In this document: positions 22,994 to 34,096 of the stretch, piece by piece
How the letters are laid out: each line of letters begins with the position of its first letter
How positions within the stretch are numbered: the stretch's first letter is position 1
Origin: Octopus vulgaris
Taxonomy: Eukaryota
Direction: 5' to 3'
Assembly (NCBI GenBank): GCA_951406725.2
Contig: OX597815.1
Location: 75,888,001-75,952,000 of the forward strand
DNA: 64,000 nt
Made by a program: the position numbers and the translations under genes
The notes under the pieces: generated by a model
The model's input: only the letters and a program-made list of their open reading frames with translations
Told to the model about the DNA's origin: nothing
Databases searched by the model: none

Positions 22994-25351
22994 GTAAAGT
23001 ATCATCTCAAATTTCTCCTCAGTATTATTTACTTTATATTTTTGTTTTTACTGTATTATCAAACTATCTGTTTATGACCTTGGTTAACAATATATTTCTT
23101 TCTGAAATACTTGTTCCATTCGTTCAATGTATGACGTGATTTCTTATTAATTGATGAGAATAAATTCCGTTATTAATTTTACGTGCTTAACTCAATTCTA
23201 AAGCATAATTTAAATACTGGTTCATATTTTTTTAAACGTTTAAAATCAAGTTTAGATAGTCTACTTCAAAGTGTATGTTTATGCAAGGAAAATCGGTTAC
23301 TGTTAGAGATACCAAAATTACATTTTATCCTTTCTCACACAGAAACAGTAAACTATAAACGTTTGCAAGATTAACAAACACCAGATCATCGAAGCAATAA
23401 ATTTACTCGAATATGATTCATTCTGTTATTTTGGTTCATCTTTCATTTAGGATTTGTATATTGTTGATCTGTCAACACCTAACTTCAAATAACAACAATG
23501 ATTTAAAAGAGATCATCTTTATAGTGTTAGAATTAATCTATGTTCGGTTTCAGTGAGCACTAAAATGTTCTCAAAAGCTTATGTTTCATTTCAGAATCTT
23601 TACTATCTTAGTCAAACTTTTCAATAACTTTAGGCGTTTATTTCCATATAACTTTTCACATACCCAAGGACACTTGGCAAAGTCTTCATTTCTTCAGAGC
23701 TAAAAAATACTTCAGGAACAACCGTTAATCCTATACCTGAATATTGTCCTCACTAACCATAACATTTCCACCTATCTTTAACTGCGGCTTCTCATAACAT
23801 CATTTAACATCCGTAATGAGTTAGGCTGTTCCACCTAGCCTGAGAGTTGTGTTAGTCACCCCTTTCGTTTTTAATGGCCCCAAACGTTATTTTCTAAACT
23901 TTAGATAATTTGCTTTCCTGTTCTGTGCTGATATCTAGTATTTTCAAAAGAACCGTATTGTTATGCTGCCGAAGTCAATAAAATAAGCACCAGTATCTTT
24001 TTGGTAGCTAATAAAAATAAGTACCAGTTGAACACTGGGGTCAATGTAATTGACTTCCCTTCACCCTCAAAATTGCTAGCCTTGTGTCAAAATTAGAAAG
24101 AAGTATTATTATTACTGCAGCAAGCTGGCAGAATTGTTTAGCATGCCAGACAAAATGCTTAGTTGCATTTTCTCTGGCTTTGCTTTTTGAGTTAAAATTT
24201 AGCCAAGGTTGATTTTTGCCTTTCATTGCTTTGAGGTCGATATAATCAATTAGACGTCTCCCCTAACAATTTTAGACTTTCTGTCTATAGTTGAAAGGTT
24301 TGTTGCTGTTGTTATTGTTTTATTTTTTGATTATTTTAGTCAGAGCAGAAGGCATCACTCTTTACAATGTCTCCAAGACCAATGGGTGGGAAAGAGTAAG
24401 TCCAAATACTTACAACAGAGTGGAGTCTACTAAAAGCACCTAATTAGCCAAATGGTAGTGTTAAATCAGGCAATGTATTAAGTCTGCCACCCAAATAAGC
24501 AGCAGTAAGATTTGAATAAAGAAAACAAAGACCCGAAGCAAACACCAAAAGGCATCCAATGTTTTTACAGTTCTGCCAATCCAGTGCCCTGAATGTACTG
24601 TTTTTATCAAACCCCTAAAATAGGGGGAAGGTAAAGTAGACCATGGCAGGATATGAACTCAGAACATAGAGAATTGGAACAAATATCATCAGGTATTCTA
24701 TCCAATGCTCTAATGACTGCCAGTTTACCATCTAGATTCAAAGACAACAGTTCTGAGTGATTCTTTAATAATAGTCACAATTTGGAAATAGTTCTAATGC
24801 TGTATCATTCTTTGAACCAACAATAGTGTAGTAGCATCAGCTCTGTTCTAGAAGAAACAGCCCCATGTCTGTAACTTCATTATATTCAGCAACAATGATA
24901 TTATTTTAACGTCCATTTTCCATACTTGCATGAATCAGATGAAATTTGTTGAGGTAGATCTTCTATAGCTGGACGTCCAGCATGTCACCAACCCTCTCCT
25001 GTTTCCAAGTGAGCTAATATTTCCCCATGGCTAGACATGATTTCACAGAAGGCTGAAAGTGAATAACATCACTTATATGATGGTGATGCTTGTTTACAAC
25101 TTTTGTATGATGTCAAGGCAAAGAGACACATCCATATTATATACAACTGGCTTCTTTCAGTTTTCATCTACTAAATCTACTCAAGACTTTGGTTGACCCA
25201 GGACTATTGTAGAAGATACCTGCCCAAAGTGTCATGCAGTGATCTGAACTTAATACATGATTGGAAAGTAACCTTAACTACAGACATACCTATTTCTAAA
25301 ATTTCATTTTTACAAGATTTCTTACATTTCTTTATGTATTTGTTATTTTAG

Positions 25352-25572
25352 ACTGGAACCATGATTGGCAACCTGAAAAGTTTCCTGAAACTCCAGAAGA
25401 AAGAGCAAGAGCAGCCAAAAAATATGGTCTTCGACTTGAAGATTATGAACCTTACCCAAATGATGGTACAGGTCTAGGAGACTATCCTAAGCTTCCTCCT
25501 GTTTCAGCTGAGGGTAGGAATCCATATATGAATTGGGATATGCCTGAATTGAAGAGAAATTTTGGTGAACCA
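25352..25572 (+). CDS. NDUFB8: NADH dehydrogenase 1 beta subcomplex subunit 8 (ASHI), exon 2
   Basis: Acceptor ttttag and donor GTAAGT. Encodes [48 protein letters not shown]...[19 protein letters not shown], the NDUFB8 signature. Confidence 0.96.
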
Positions 25573-25881
25573 GTAAGTGATAGTTTTAGATAAGCATTAT
25601 TTTGACCTACTAACAAACAGTGAGTTCAAAACTTCTTATACTTGTTGTGTTATTGTTTGTCTTGAGAAGATAGGTGAGTATTAGATGTCTACATGTAAAA
25701 ATCATATCTCAGATGAAAAAAGAAAAATTATGTACAAGCCTAAAATTACATAGCCATTTCACTTATTGTGTCATGGAAAAATTAGATGCAAACTTATAAA
25801 AGATTTTAAAGAAATTGTTTGGATGAAGAAATAAAATAATAATATTTCAGATAAAGGATTAAAATAATTGTTACTTTTCAG

Positions 25882-25955
25882 ATGCATGCAGAATCTAACT
25901 GGTTGACTGAAGATAGGATGAGCCCTGATGTTATTGATAATCTACGTCACTCTCT
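25882..25955 (+). CDS. NDUFB8: NDUFB8 exon 3
   Basis: Acceptor ttttcag and donor GTAAGT. Encodes MHAESNWLTEDRMSPDVIDNLRHS; phases 0 and 2 fit both neighbouring exons. Confidence 0.88.
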
Positions 25956-27134
25956 GTAAGTGTTAATATTTCGAATATGTTAACTAATTTCTCAGGTTAG
26001 TTGATTTGGCATGTAAAATATATAATTAACCTTTTTGATATTAACCTACTCTAGATACAAACTTCCTGTTGTCATCTAAATTAAAACCTTCCTTCAAATT
26101 TCATGTTAATTCATGTTCCACACACCAGATTAATAATGACAGTTATTTTATTAAAGTCATTATTATTTTTAAATTAGCTAAAACTAGTCAGTGTTTTCAT
26201 TGATTGTGTAATATGTTTCTATAATTGAGCAAAAGTCATTTCAGATTGTAGTTTGGAGTAACTTCTCATAATTTTTTCTAATCATAAAGGAATTAGTTCA
26301 GATCCTCCCAGAATCAAAATAACTTCACTAACTTTAATGAGGTGACTACAGTTATAGTAAGAATGTTTGATATTCTACCAGCTGACTATACTCATATTTT
26401 CAGGGTGTAAAAACTATGATATTGTATGTCAAGCTTCAATTTATGATGTGGTAACTGTATTAATGTACTAAAGTGAGGTTTGGGCAGATGTTTAGACATG
26501 TGGTTGATTCTATATAATATATATTGGAAAGTAATATTTATTACGTTAAAGATGACCAAATGATATTGCTTACAGAAGAAACTTGTTAGTAACTACTGAT
26601 TGAAAATATTAGGTGATACGTTTCATGACTGAGTTATATTTTTAGTACAGCTTAAAAGATGAAAAAGGCAGCAACCACTAAATTTAATGGGCTTCTGATG
26701 TAGGTGGAGGAATAAATCACATCTCATGAATTGCAGCAGTAATTCATGAGCTGTGATCAAAGATAGATGTAAACCAGTCTAGTGTACTGTATTTCTCCTC
26801 AGACTACAAACCTAGCCTGAATGTTTGCAATAAAGTGGACTCTTTTGAAGGCATCCAAAAGCTAGGTGATAGTGTTAACCTGAGATCAGGTCTACCACCA
26901 ATGGACAAGCACAATCCAATGTGCTCCCAAACAGTTGTATTTCTACTCAGTTTAACTCACAAAGCTTGGGCTGATTTGAAGTCATGGTAGAAAACACTTG
27001 CCCAAGGTCCCCAACACTGGGATCAAAGTAAAGCAACGTGATTGCAAAGTGAACTTCTTAACCTCATGGCTAAGCCAGAAACCAAATTGGTATCATGCTA
27101 AAGAGAGGTTAGACTCAAATTATTTAGGACTTAA

Positions 27135-27327
27135 CCCTTTAGCTTCTAAACCAGCCATAACTAGCCTGAAAATTTTACCTGTTTTATGGTCAAACACCTA
27201 CCCAACAATGTCATTTCAAAAGTAAACAATCATACCATCAAAATGTCAAAGCTATGACATAATGCATGATTAATTCAAAACAAAGTAAACAAATATTATA
27301 TTTGACAGTAATCTGAATGCTAAAGGG
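27135..27327. mobile_element. piggyBac-like MITE in NDUFB8 intron 3
   Basis: TTAA|CCCTTTAGC ... GCTAAAGGG|TTAA termini with TTAA TSD. Relics of a similar type occur at about 26026-26190 and 40081-40294. Confidence 0.8.
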
Positions 27328-27465
27328 TTAAAGGTGTTATGGTTGAGATATGTTTGAAAAGCATTTGTTTTGTTAATATGTGCCAGTAATAAGGTATTTC
27401 CCCCTCCACATATACACTTGTATAATACATCTTCATTAATGGTCATTATCTACTTGTATTTCTAG

Positions 27466-27556
27466 AAAAGTGCAAGCACTGGTATTTTTTGGAATACTAG
27501 GGGGTGTAGCATTAGCAGCTTACTTGACATCTTCAATTGTTTTACATCCAGCTGTT
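27466..27556 (+). CDS. NDUFB8: NDUFB8 exon 4 (transmembrane helix)
   Basis: Acceptor tttctag and donor GTAAGT. Encodes KVQALVFFGILGGVALAAYLTSSIVLHPAV, a hydrophobic segment at the expected position. Confidence 0.9.
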
Positions 27557-27899
27557 GTAAGTATGAAACGTTTTTTTCTTTTTACATTACTGATTTGCTT
27601 ACCAAATTTTATGATCACATAATTATGAACTCTCATTTATCAATTATTGGTATAGCAATGTGTTAACACAATTATTCAAATTCAGTGGCTTGAATTTTTA
27701 AAGCAAACTCTGTTTAAATGGTTAATAAATAAATATATATATGTGTGTATGTGAGTGAGTATTTTTTCAGTGTACAAATAACACGGAAAAAATAAATAGT
27801 TACCAGGGTAGCAAAAATTCACATAAGTGCCAAGGATGTTACAGCTTACTTATGAAGGTAGAAATTCCAGGGTTACGTGAAATGTTTTTGTATAACATA

Positions 27900-29178
27900 T
27901 CAGGTCATCCCATAAGTTCTGTCCAAATTTTGAATAAAGAGAACAAGTGATCAAATGTTATATTTAATTGAAATTTAATCATCAATGTACTTTCCCTGAT
28001 TATCTATAGCTACCTTCCATCTATTTACAAGCTTTTTAATCCCATCAATGTAAAACTCTTTTGGTTTCAAAGTGAAGAACTCTGAAATGTCAGTTTCAAC
28101 CTCTTCCTGGCTTGCGAAGGTTATGTACCCCAAATGATTCTGTAAACTACAAAACAAATGGTAGTCTGAAGGAGCAAGGTCAGGAGAATAAGGTGGATGA
28201 GGAATTTTTTCCCAACCAAGCTCTTCGATTTTCTGTGATGTGGTCTTTGCAGTATGGGGTCGCACATTGTCCTGATGAAACATCACTCCTTTTTGATTCA
28301 CTAAAGCGGGTCTTTTTTCTTCAAAACTTGGTTCAAACACTGTAATTGCTGACAGTAGACTTGAGCATGCATTAGGTGGTAACAATTCAAAGTGAATTAC
28401 TCCTTTGCAATCCCACCAGATAGAGAGAAGAACCTTTTTCCCATAAAGTTCCCTTCTTGGTTGTGGTTGAGCTTTTTCCCTTTTACCAAGCCACTGTTTA
28501 CGGTGTTTAACATTTCGATAGAAGATCCATTTTTCGTCACCAGTCACAAGTCTATCCAAAAAGGGTGAAATGAGTTTGTGAGAATGGAGAGAAGAGCAGG
28601 TGTCAACTCAGGATTTGTAGTTGCTTTCGGACAGTTCATGAGGCACCCATTTTCCAAGTTTAGGAACCTTTCCAAGTTGTTGAAGATGATGATGAACAGT
28701 TGTATGGTTTGAACTAAGCTTTATTGCCAATTCTTCAACTGATAATGCAGGATTTCCTTCAAGTAATGCCTCAAGGAGCTTATCATCAAATTCAACTGGA
28801 CGTCCTGTTCGATTTTCATTTTCAAGGCTGAAATTTCCACTTCTGAATTTTGCTAACCATCTTCTGCGAGTTCTTTCATTCAAGCATTCTTTCCCATAAA
28901 CTGAGTGTATGTTTCAAGTTGCTTCGGCTGCAGAGTTTCCTTTTTTGTACTCATAAAGCAATATGTGCCTCAAATGCTCTTTGGAAACTTCCATGTTAGA
29001 AAGGGTTTTAATCAAAGAAATTTTAATTCTATTATTCTGTAAAATAATATTTAATTAGTTTAAATGTACACAAATGCATAAAAGTAATTTTTAATTCCAT
29101 TAGACATTCTAAAATACTATTACATTTCATTCAATTTTAAAAAAGGTAAAATCAGACAGAACTTATGGGATGATCTGA
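27900..29178 (-). mobile_element. Full-length mariner (DD34D) element with inactivated transposase, in NDUFB8 intron 4
   Basis: TIRs TCAGGTCATCCCATAAGTTCTGTC and GACAGAACTTATGGGATGATCTGA with TA TSDs. Transposase 28994-27975 has WVPHEL, TGDEKW, HQDNVRPH and YSPDLAPSDY, plus in-frame TGA stops and a frameshift. Confidence 0.95.
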
Positions 29179-31528
29179 TAGATAAATTAAGAAATGAGAA
29201 ACAAAACACATTGATAAGCCATTTTAATTGAATGTGATTACCGCATGTATGATGAAGGGAACGCTGGCAAATTATTTTTTAAATTTATATATATAGCTAT
29301 ATGATATATACTACATAAATGTAAGAATAGAGTTGTAACATTACAAATAGTGAAACAATTAAAAAATTTTGTAAGAACTCCTGACTTAAAAGGTTATTTT
29401 GTTTTTGTTATAAAATGAGCCCTGGACTTGCAAATAATTAAATCAGTGATAAATTCTATATGATGTCATTTATTAGTTACAAATAATAAATAAATCTGTG
29501 GAGTTTTTAATTTGATTCTTAATCTGTTAGGCTATTCCCCCCCCACACACACACACATGTTCTTGGTTAGCCTAAGATAGTTTGTCCAGGCATTGTTTTG
29601 ATCAACTAACTTTTAGGTTGTGGCTAGACTTTGTATACATGTAGCAACAGCAGTAACACTAACCCACATGAACTGTGAATCACATTTAAACTTTGTAGAG
29701 GATTAGCGACTAATCATTCCTGAAGAAGTAATATACCTTTTAGTTGATGTAGTTTGGGCTGTGTCATACAGGTGTGAATGCCATGAAAGATCAAATACTC
29801 CTAGGCTTTGCATTTGTAGCAAAATTTAGTGTTTCAAACATATTACCCATGCATAGTGTAGTACAAGACTGTTTAGTTAGCATGCAATTTGTGTCTTGAT
29901 GTTGTTGAAGACCAGTTTGCTACATCCCTGTTGGACGATTATTTTGAGACAACATCATTGAAGCAGACCAAATAACAGAGCTCTAGGTTGCATATGGATA
30001 ATTTTCATGTTAGGAATTTAAAGAAGAGTGATGAATGGAATCATATATACCAGAATGGATGTGTGGGTTGTGAGGTGGAAGCCAATCCTGTAGTATTTAA
30101 GGTTAAAAGATTTTGGTTGAAGAAAGTCTCATTACTGCCCACTACAATTGTCTGATCTAAAAGATAAGACGAACAAACCCACTGGTGCAAACAAATTCAA
30201 AGGCTCTGTTGATGTCAAAATAATAATTTTAAGATGAGAGTTCTCACAAAAGTTTACCAGTGTAGGTGTGCCAGATGTTCAGTAGATCTGGTTATACAAA
30301 AGCTATACTTGACAACCAGTGATTAAGGGAAGTAACTAGAAACTATGGGGAGGGGTGTATGGTAATATGAAATTTGAATGCGAGTGTAATAGATTGGTAT
30401 GTAACAGAGTTGGAGAGATTACCATTATGAATGGACACACTGTGACGTGTCTAGAGATTGGTGTAGATCCTCATGAGAGGTTGAAACACTTTATGATGAT
30501 ATGGAAATCCAAGTGTTGTGTGCATGCAATGTGGAATTGAAAGCAACATGGAAATTAATGATAGCTTTATTTTTTAAGAGTGATATATATTGGTTGAAAT
30601 GTACTGGTGATGAATATTACAATCATTAGGACAAGAAGTTCCATTCTTAATTTGGAAAGTGAGGTATGCAAACTATGTGATACAAAATTTTAAAATTCTT
30701 TTCTTGACAGTCGTTTTGCGAGTACTGAGTAAGGCTCCATAATTTAGTGGTAGGAGGGGACTATCTCTTTGTGTTTTAGGCAGTGTCCTTCATATGTATA
30801 GCTGAGTAAACCACATTGAGGTTACTTGAGAGATGTGGAGAGATATATCTAAGAAGATGGTATTTTCACATACTTCATTTCTGACTCTCATAAAGACAGC
30901 TATGTAGTGTTTGCAGAACAACTGGTTTACTGACCAGAAGCACCAAATGGTGAGAGTAGAAGGTGCTTCAGTTAAGTAGAGTAGGTCAAGAGTGTTTGGA
31001 GAGTTGGTGTCTCGGAGAGACAGACAGATGGGATTAAGTAGTGATGGATACTCCTATCAATTTCAATCTTTGAGCATCATCCAATTGCTCAATCAACTGG
31101 ATGACCTCTTTACTGAATTAGCATGCAAAGTGGCTGAGTATTCCACAGACGTGTGTTCCCTTAATATAATTCTTAAATGAAATCAATGTAACACAAGTAT
31201 GACAATCTGGACCTTTGTATCACAAGATTTAAAATTTTTACATCCCTCTTTCACTTACAAGACTTGGTCCAACCTAAAGCTGTGATAAAGGCACTTGGGA
31301 CATGAAGTCATGCAGTAAGATCAAACATGGAACCTCATGATTGCAGTGCAGACTTAACCACTCAACTGTGCCTGTGTCCATAATTAATTAACTTGTACAG
31401 GTTCAGGATGGAAAACAATTTGACAGCTGTTGGATGTGAAAGAGGAATAATTTGACATCTGATGAAAAATGCTTTAGAATAATGTGTGTATATATATATT
31501 AATGATTTGTTGATCACTTTTATTGCAG

Positions 31529-31630
31529 ATGCCTAAACAATATCCTTTCAACAATCTCCATATAGAAAGAGGTGGTGATGCAGCTGATGTAAAACCTGTT
31601 GTACACTATACATTTGAGCCAGCAGAATGA
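31529..31630 (+). CDS. NDUFB8: NDUFB8 exon 5 (C-terminus and stop)
   Basis: Acceptor ttattgcag. Encodes MPKQYPFNNLHIERGGDAADVKPVVHYTFEPAE*, matching the PKQYP.NNL..ERGGD...VVHY C-terminus. Total CDS is 591 nt. A possible ATTAAA polyA signal lies at about 31684. Confidence 0.95.
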   Translation: MPKQYPFNNLHIERGGDAADVKPVVHYTFEPAE

Positions 31631-32009
31631 ACATCTACAATATCTCAGCAAGATAGAACAGATGAGATGATTTTAGATAATAAATTAAAATAGGGAATAT
31701 GTATATTATATATATCAATGTGTTTTGTTTTCATTTAAACATTTTTATTTTCTGTTAAGTTTGAGATGCTATAACTAGATATGTAATCATCGTCGTCTTA
31801 ACAACTCTTGTCCATGTTTGCACGAGTCAGATGGAATTTGTCGAGACAGATTTAACTGGATTCCTTTGCTGCTTCCAATCAAGGTAATATTTTCTCATGG
31901 CTGGACATGTTGAACTCTGCTTGAATGATGATGATGATAATTGTTTATAACTATTTCACAATGTTGAGGTACCAAAACACATGCGCTATATATATATATA
32001 TATATATAT

Positions 32010-32256
32010 AATAAATAATAATAAATATTAGGGAATGAATCCAAAATTACAGGGAAAAATCAGATTTAGGGTTAAATCCAATTTTATAGTAAAATATTAT
32101 ATAATATAATTCGAGACAAAACCACTATTTTAAAACCAAACAAGGAAAGACTTAATCAATACATAAAATTTTAATATAAATTAAATAAACCGCCACTACA
32201 AATGTTTCATGTCTGCTACCGACAATCTTCAGGTGGATTTTCGATCTTCTAATCAG
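32010..32256 (-). mobile_element. Penelope-like element terminal (pseudo-LTR) fragment inserted in a (TA)n tract
   Basis: AT-rich tail containing a minimal hammerhead fold and bounded on both sides by TA microsatellite. Confidence 0.55.
32193..32236 (-). ncRNA. Minimal type I hammerhead ribozyme motif
   Basis: Minus strand reads CCAC-CUGAAGA-U-UGUC-GGUAGCA-GACA-U-GAA-ACA-UU-UGU-A-GUGG: stems I, II and III, core CUGAnGA/GAAA and a GUA cleavage triplet. Confidence 0.65.
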
Positions 32257-32268
32257 TATATATATATA

Positions 32269-34096
32269 TCATCATCATCATCATTTAGCGTCCGCTTTCC
32301 ATGCTAGCATGGGTTGGACGGATCAACTGGGGTCTGTGAAGCTGGAAGGCTTCGTCAGGCAGTGTTTCTACGGCTGGATGTCCTTCCTAACGCCAACCAC
32401 TCCGCGAGTGTAGTGGGTGTTTTTTACGTGCCACCTGCACAGGTGTCAGACAGAGCTGGCGAACGGCCACGAACGAATGGTGCTTTTACATGTCACCGGC
32501 ACGGGGCCAGGCGATGCTGGCAACGGACACGGACGGATGGTGCTTTTACGTGCCACCGACACGGGGCCAGACAGAGCTGGCAAACGGCCACGAACGGACA
32601 GTGCTTTTACGTGTCACCGGCACGGGGGCCAGCCGAGGCTGGCAACGGACGCGAACGGATGGTGCTTTTACGTGTCACTGGCACGGGGGCCAGCCGAGGC
32701 TGGCAATGGACACGAACGGATGGTGCTTTTACGTGTCACTGGCACGGGGGCCAGCCGAGGCTGGAAATGAACACGAACGGATGGTGCTTTTACGGGGCCA
32801 GACAGAGCTGGCAAACGGACGGTGCTTTTACGGGGCCAGACAGAGCTGGCAAACGGACGGTGCTTTTACGTGTCACCGGCACGGGGCCAGGCGAGGCTGG
32901 CAACGAACACGAACGGATGGTGCTTTTACATGCCACCGACACGGGGGCCTGGCAAACGGCCACGAGCGAATGGTGCTTTTACGTATCACCGGCACGGGTG
33001 CCAGACGAGGCTGACAGCGGACACGAACGGATGGGTCACTTAACCCCTGCTTTCTGATATATGATTTGATTTTGATTGTTCTCACTGGTCTTGCCGGGTC
33101 TTCTCACGCACAGCATACTTCCATAGGTCTCGGTCTCTGGTCATTTCCTTGGTGAGACCTAGAGTTCGAAGGTCGTGCTTCACCACCTCGACCCAGGTTT
33201 TCCTGGGTCTACCTCTTCCACAGGTCCCCTCAACTGCCAGGGTGTGGCACTTTTTCACACACCTATCTTCATCCATTCTCACCACATGACCATACCAGCG
33301 CAATCATCTCTCTTGCCCACAACATCTGATGCCTCTTAGGTCCAACTTTTCTCTCAAGGTACTTACACTCTGTCGACTATGAACACTGACATTACACATC
33401 CAACGGAGCATACTAGCTTCATTTCTCGCGAGCTTACGCATGTCCTCAGCAGTCACGGCCCATGTTTCACTGCCATGTAGCATGGCTGTTCGTACACATG
33501 CATCATACAGTCTGCCTTTTACTCTGAGCGAGAGGCCTTTAGTCACCAACAGAGGTAAGAGTTCCCTAAACTTTGCCCAGGCTATTCTTACTCTAGCCGT
33601 TACACTTTCAGCACACCCACCCCCACTACTGACTTGGTCACCAAGATAACGGAAGCTATCAACTACTAGTTTTTCCCCCTGAAAAGTGACAGAAGTTGTT
33701 TTCTGCAGATTTTCAGAGGTTAATGCTCCCGAGCATCTGCCACATACAAAAACCATCTTCCTAGTTAGCCTTCCTATGACATTGCTGCACCTCTTGTGTC
33801 CATAGCTTACACTTGGTGCATCTTATAGAGTTTCTACCTACACCTTTTCTACAGATCGAGCAGAGCCATCTACCTGAAGGCGTTTGTGATTTGTCTACCT
33901 TCCTACTTATTACGACTTTGGTTTTAGCTAGGTTGACTCTAAGGCCCTTCGATTCTAAACCATGCTTCCACACCTGAAACTTCTTCTCCAGTTCTGATAA
34001 TGACTCAGCAATTAGAGCAAGGTCATCAGCATAGAGGAGCTCCCAGGGGCATCCTGTCTTGAATTCCTCCGTTATTGCCTGGAGGACTATGATAAA
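32269..34096 (-). mobile_element. Young 5'-truncated RTE-type LINE (RT C-terminus plus 3' UTR)
   Basis: WELLYADDL at about 34040-34020, GLRVNLAKTK, FRYLG, MLHGSETWA, RWYGHV and GRGRPRKTW. Frameshifted, with a (GAT)n tail and many CpGs retained. Confidence 0.92.
32430..33035. repeat. GC-rich minisatellite (~58-bp unit) inside the LINE 3' UTR
   Basis: About ten variant copies of GGCAACGGACACGAACGGATGGTGCTTTTACGTGTCACCGGCACGGGGCCAG. Confidence 0.9.

Noticed and set aside
29700-30950. Possible very old Penelope/LINE coding relic on the minus strand in NDUFB8 intron 4
   Set aside because: Only faint motif resemblance by eye; it needs a profile search, so it is not reported as a feature.
22994-31528. 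Intronic C/D or H/ACA snoRNAs in NDUFB8 (STRAP introns were also checked)
   Set aside because: No C box/D box pair with a terminal stem was seen; the many ATGATGA strings are LINE/SINE (GAT)n tails.
32314-33057. 247-aa and overlapping ORFs, and a CRISPR-like periodic look
   Set aside because: They come from a stop-poor minisatellite in a LINE 3' UTR. There are no unique spacers, no cas genes, and the context is eukaryotic.
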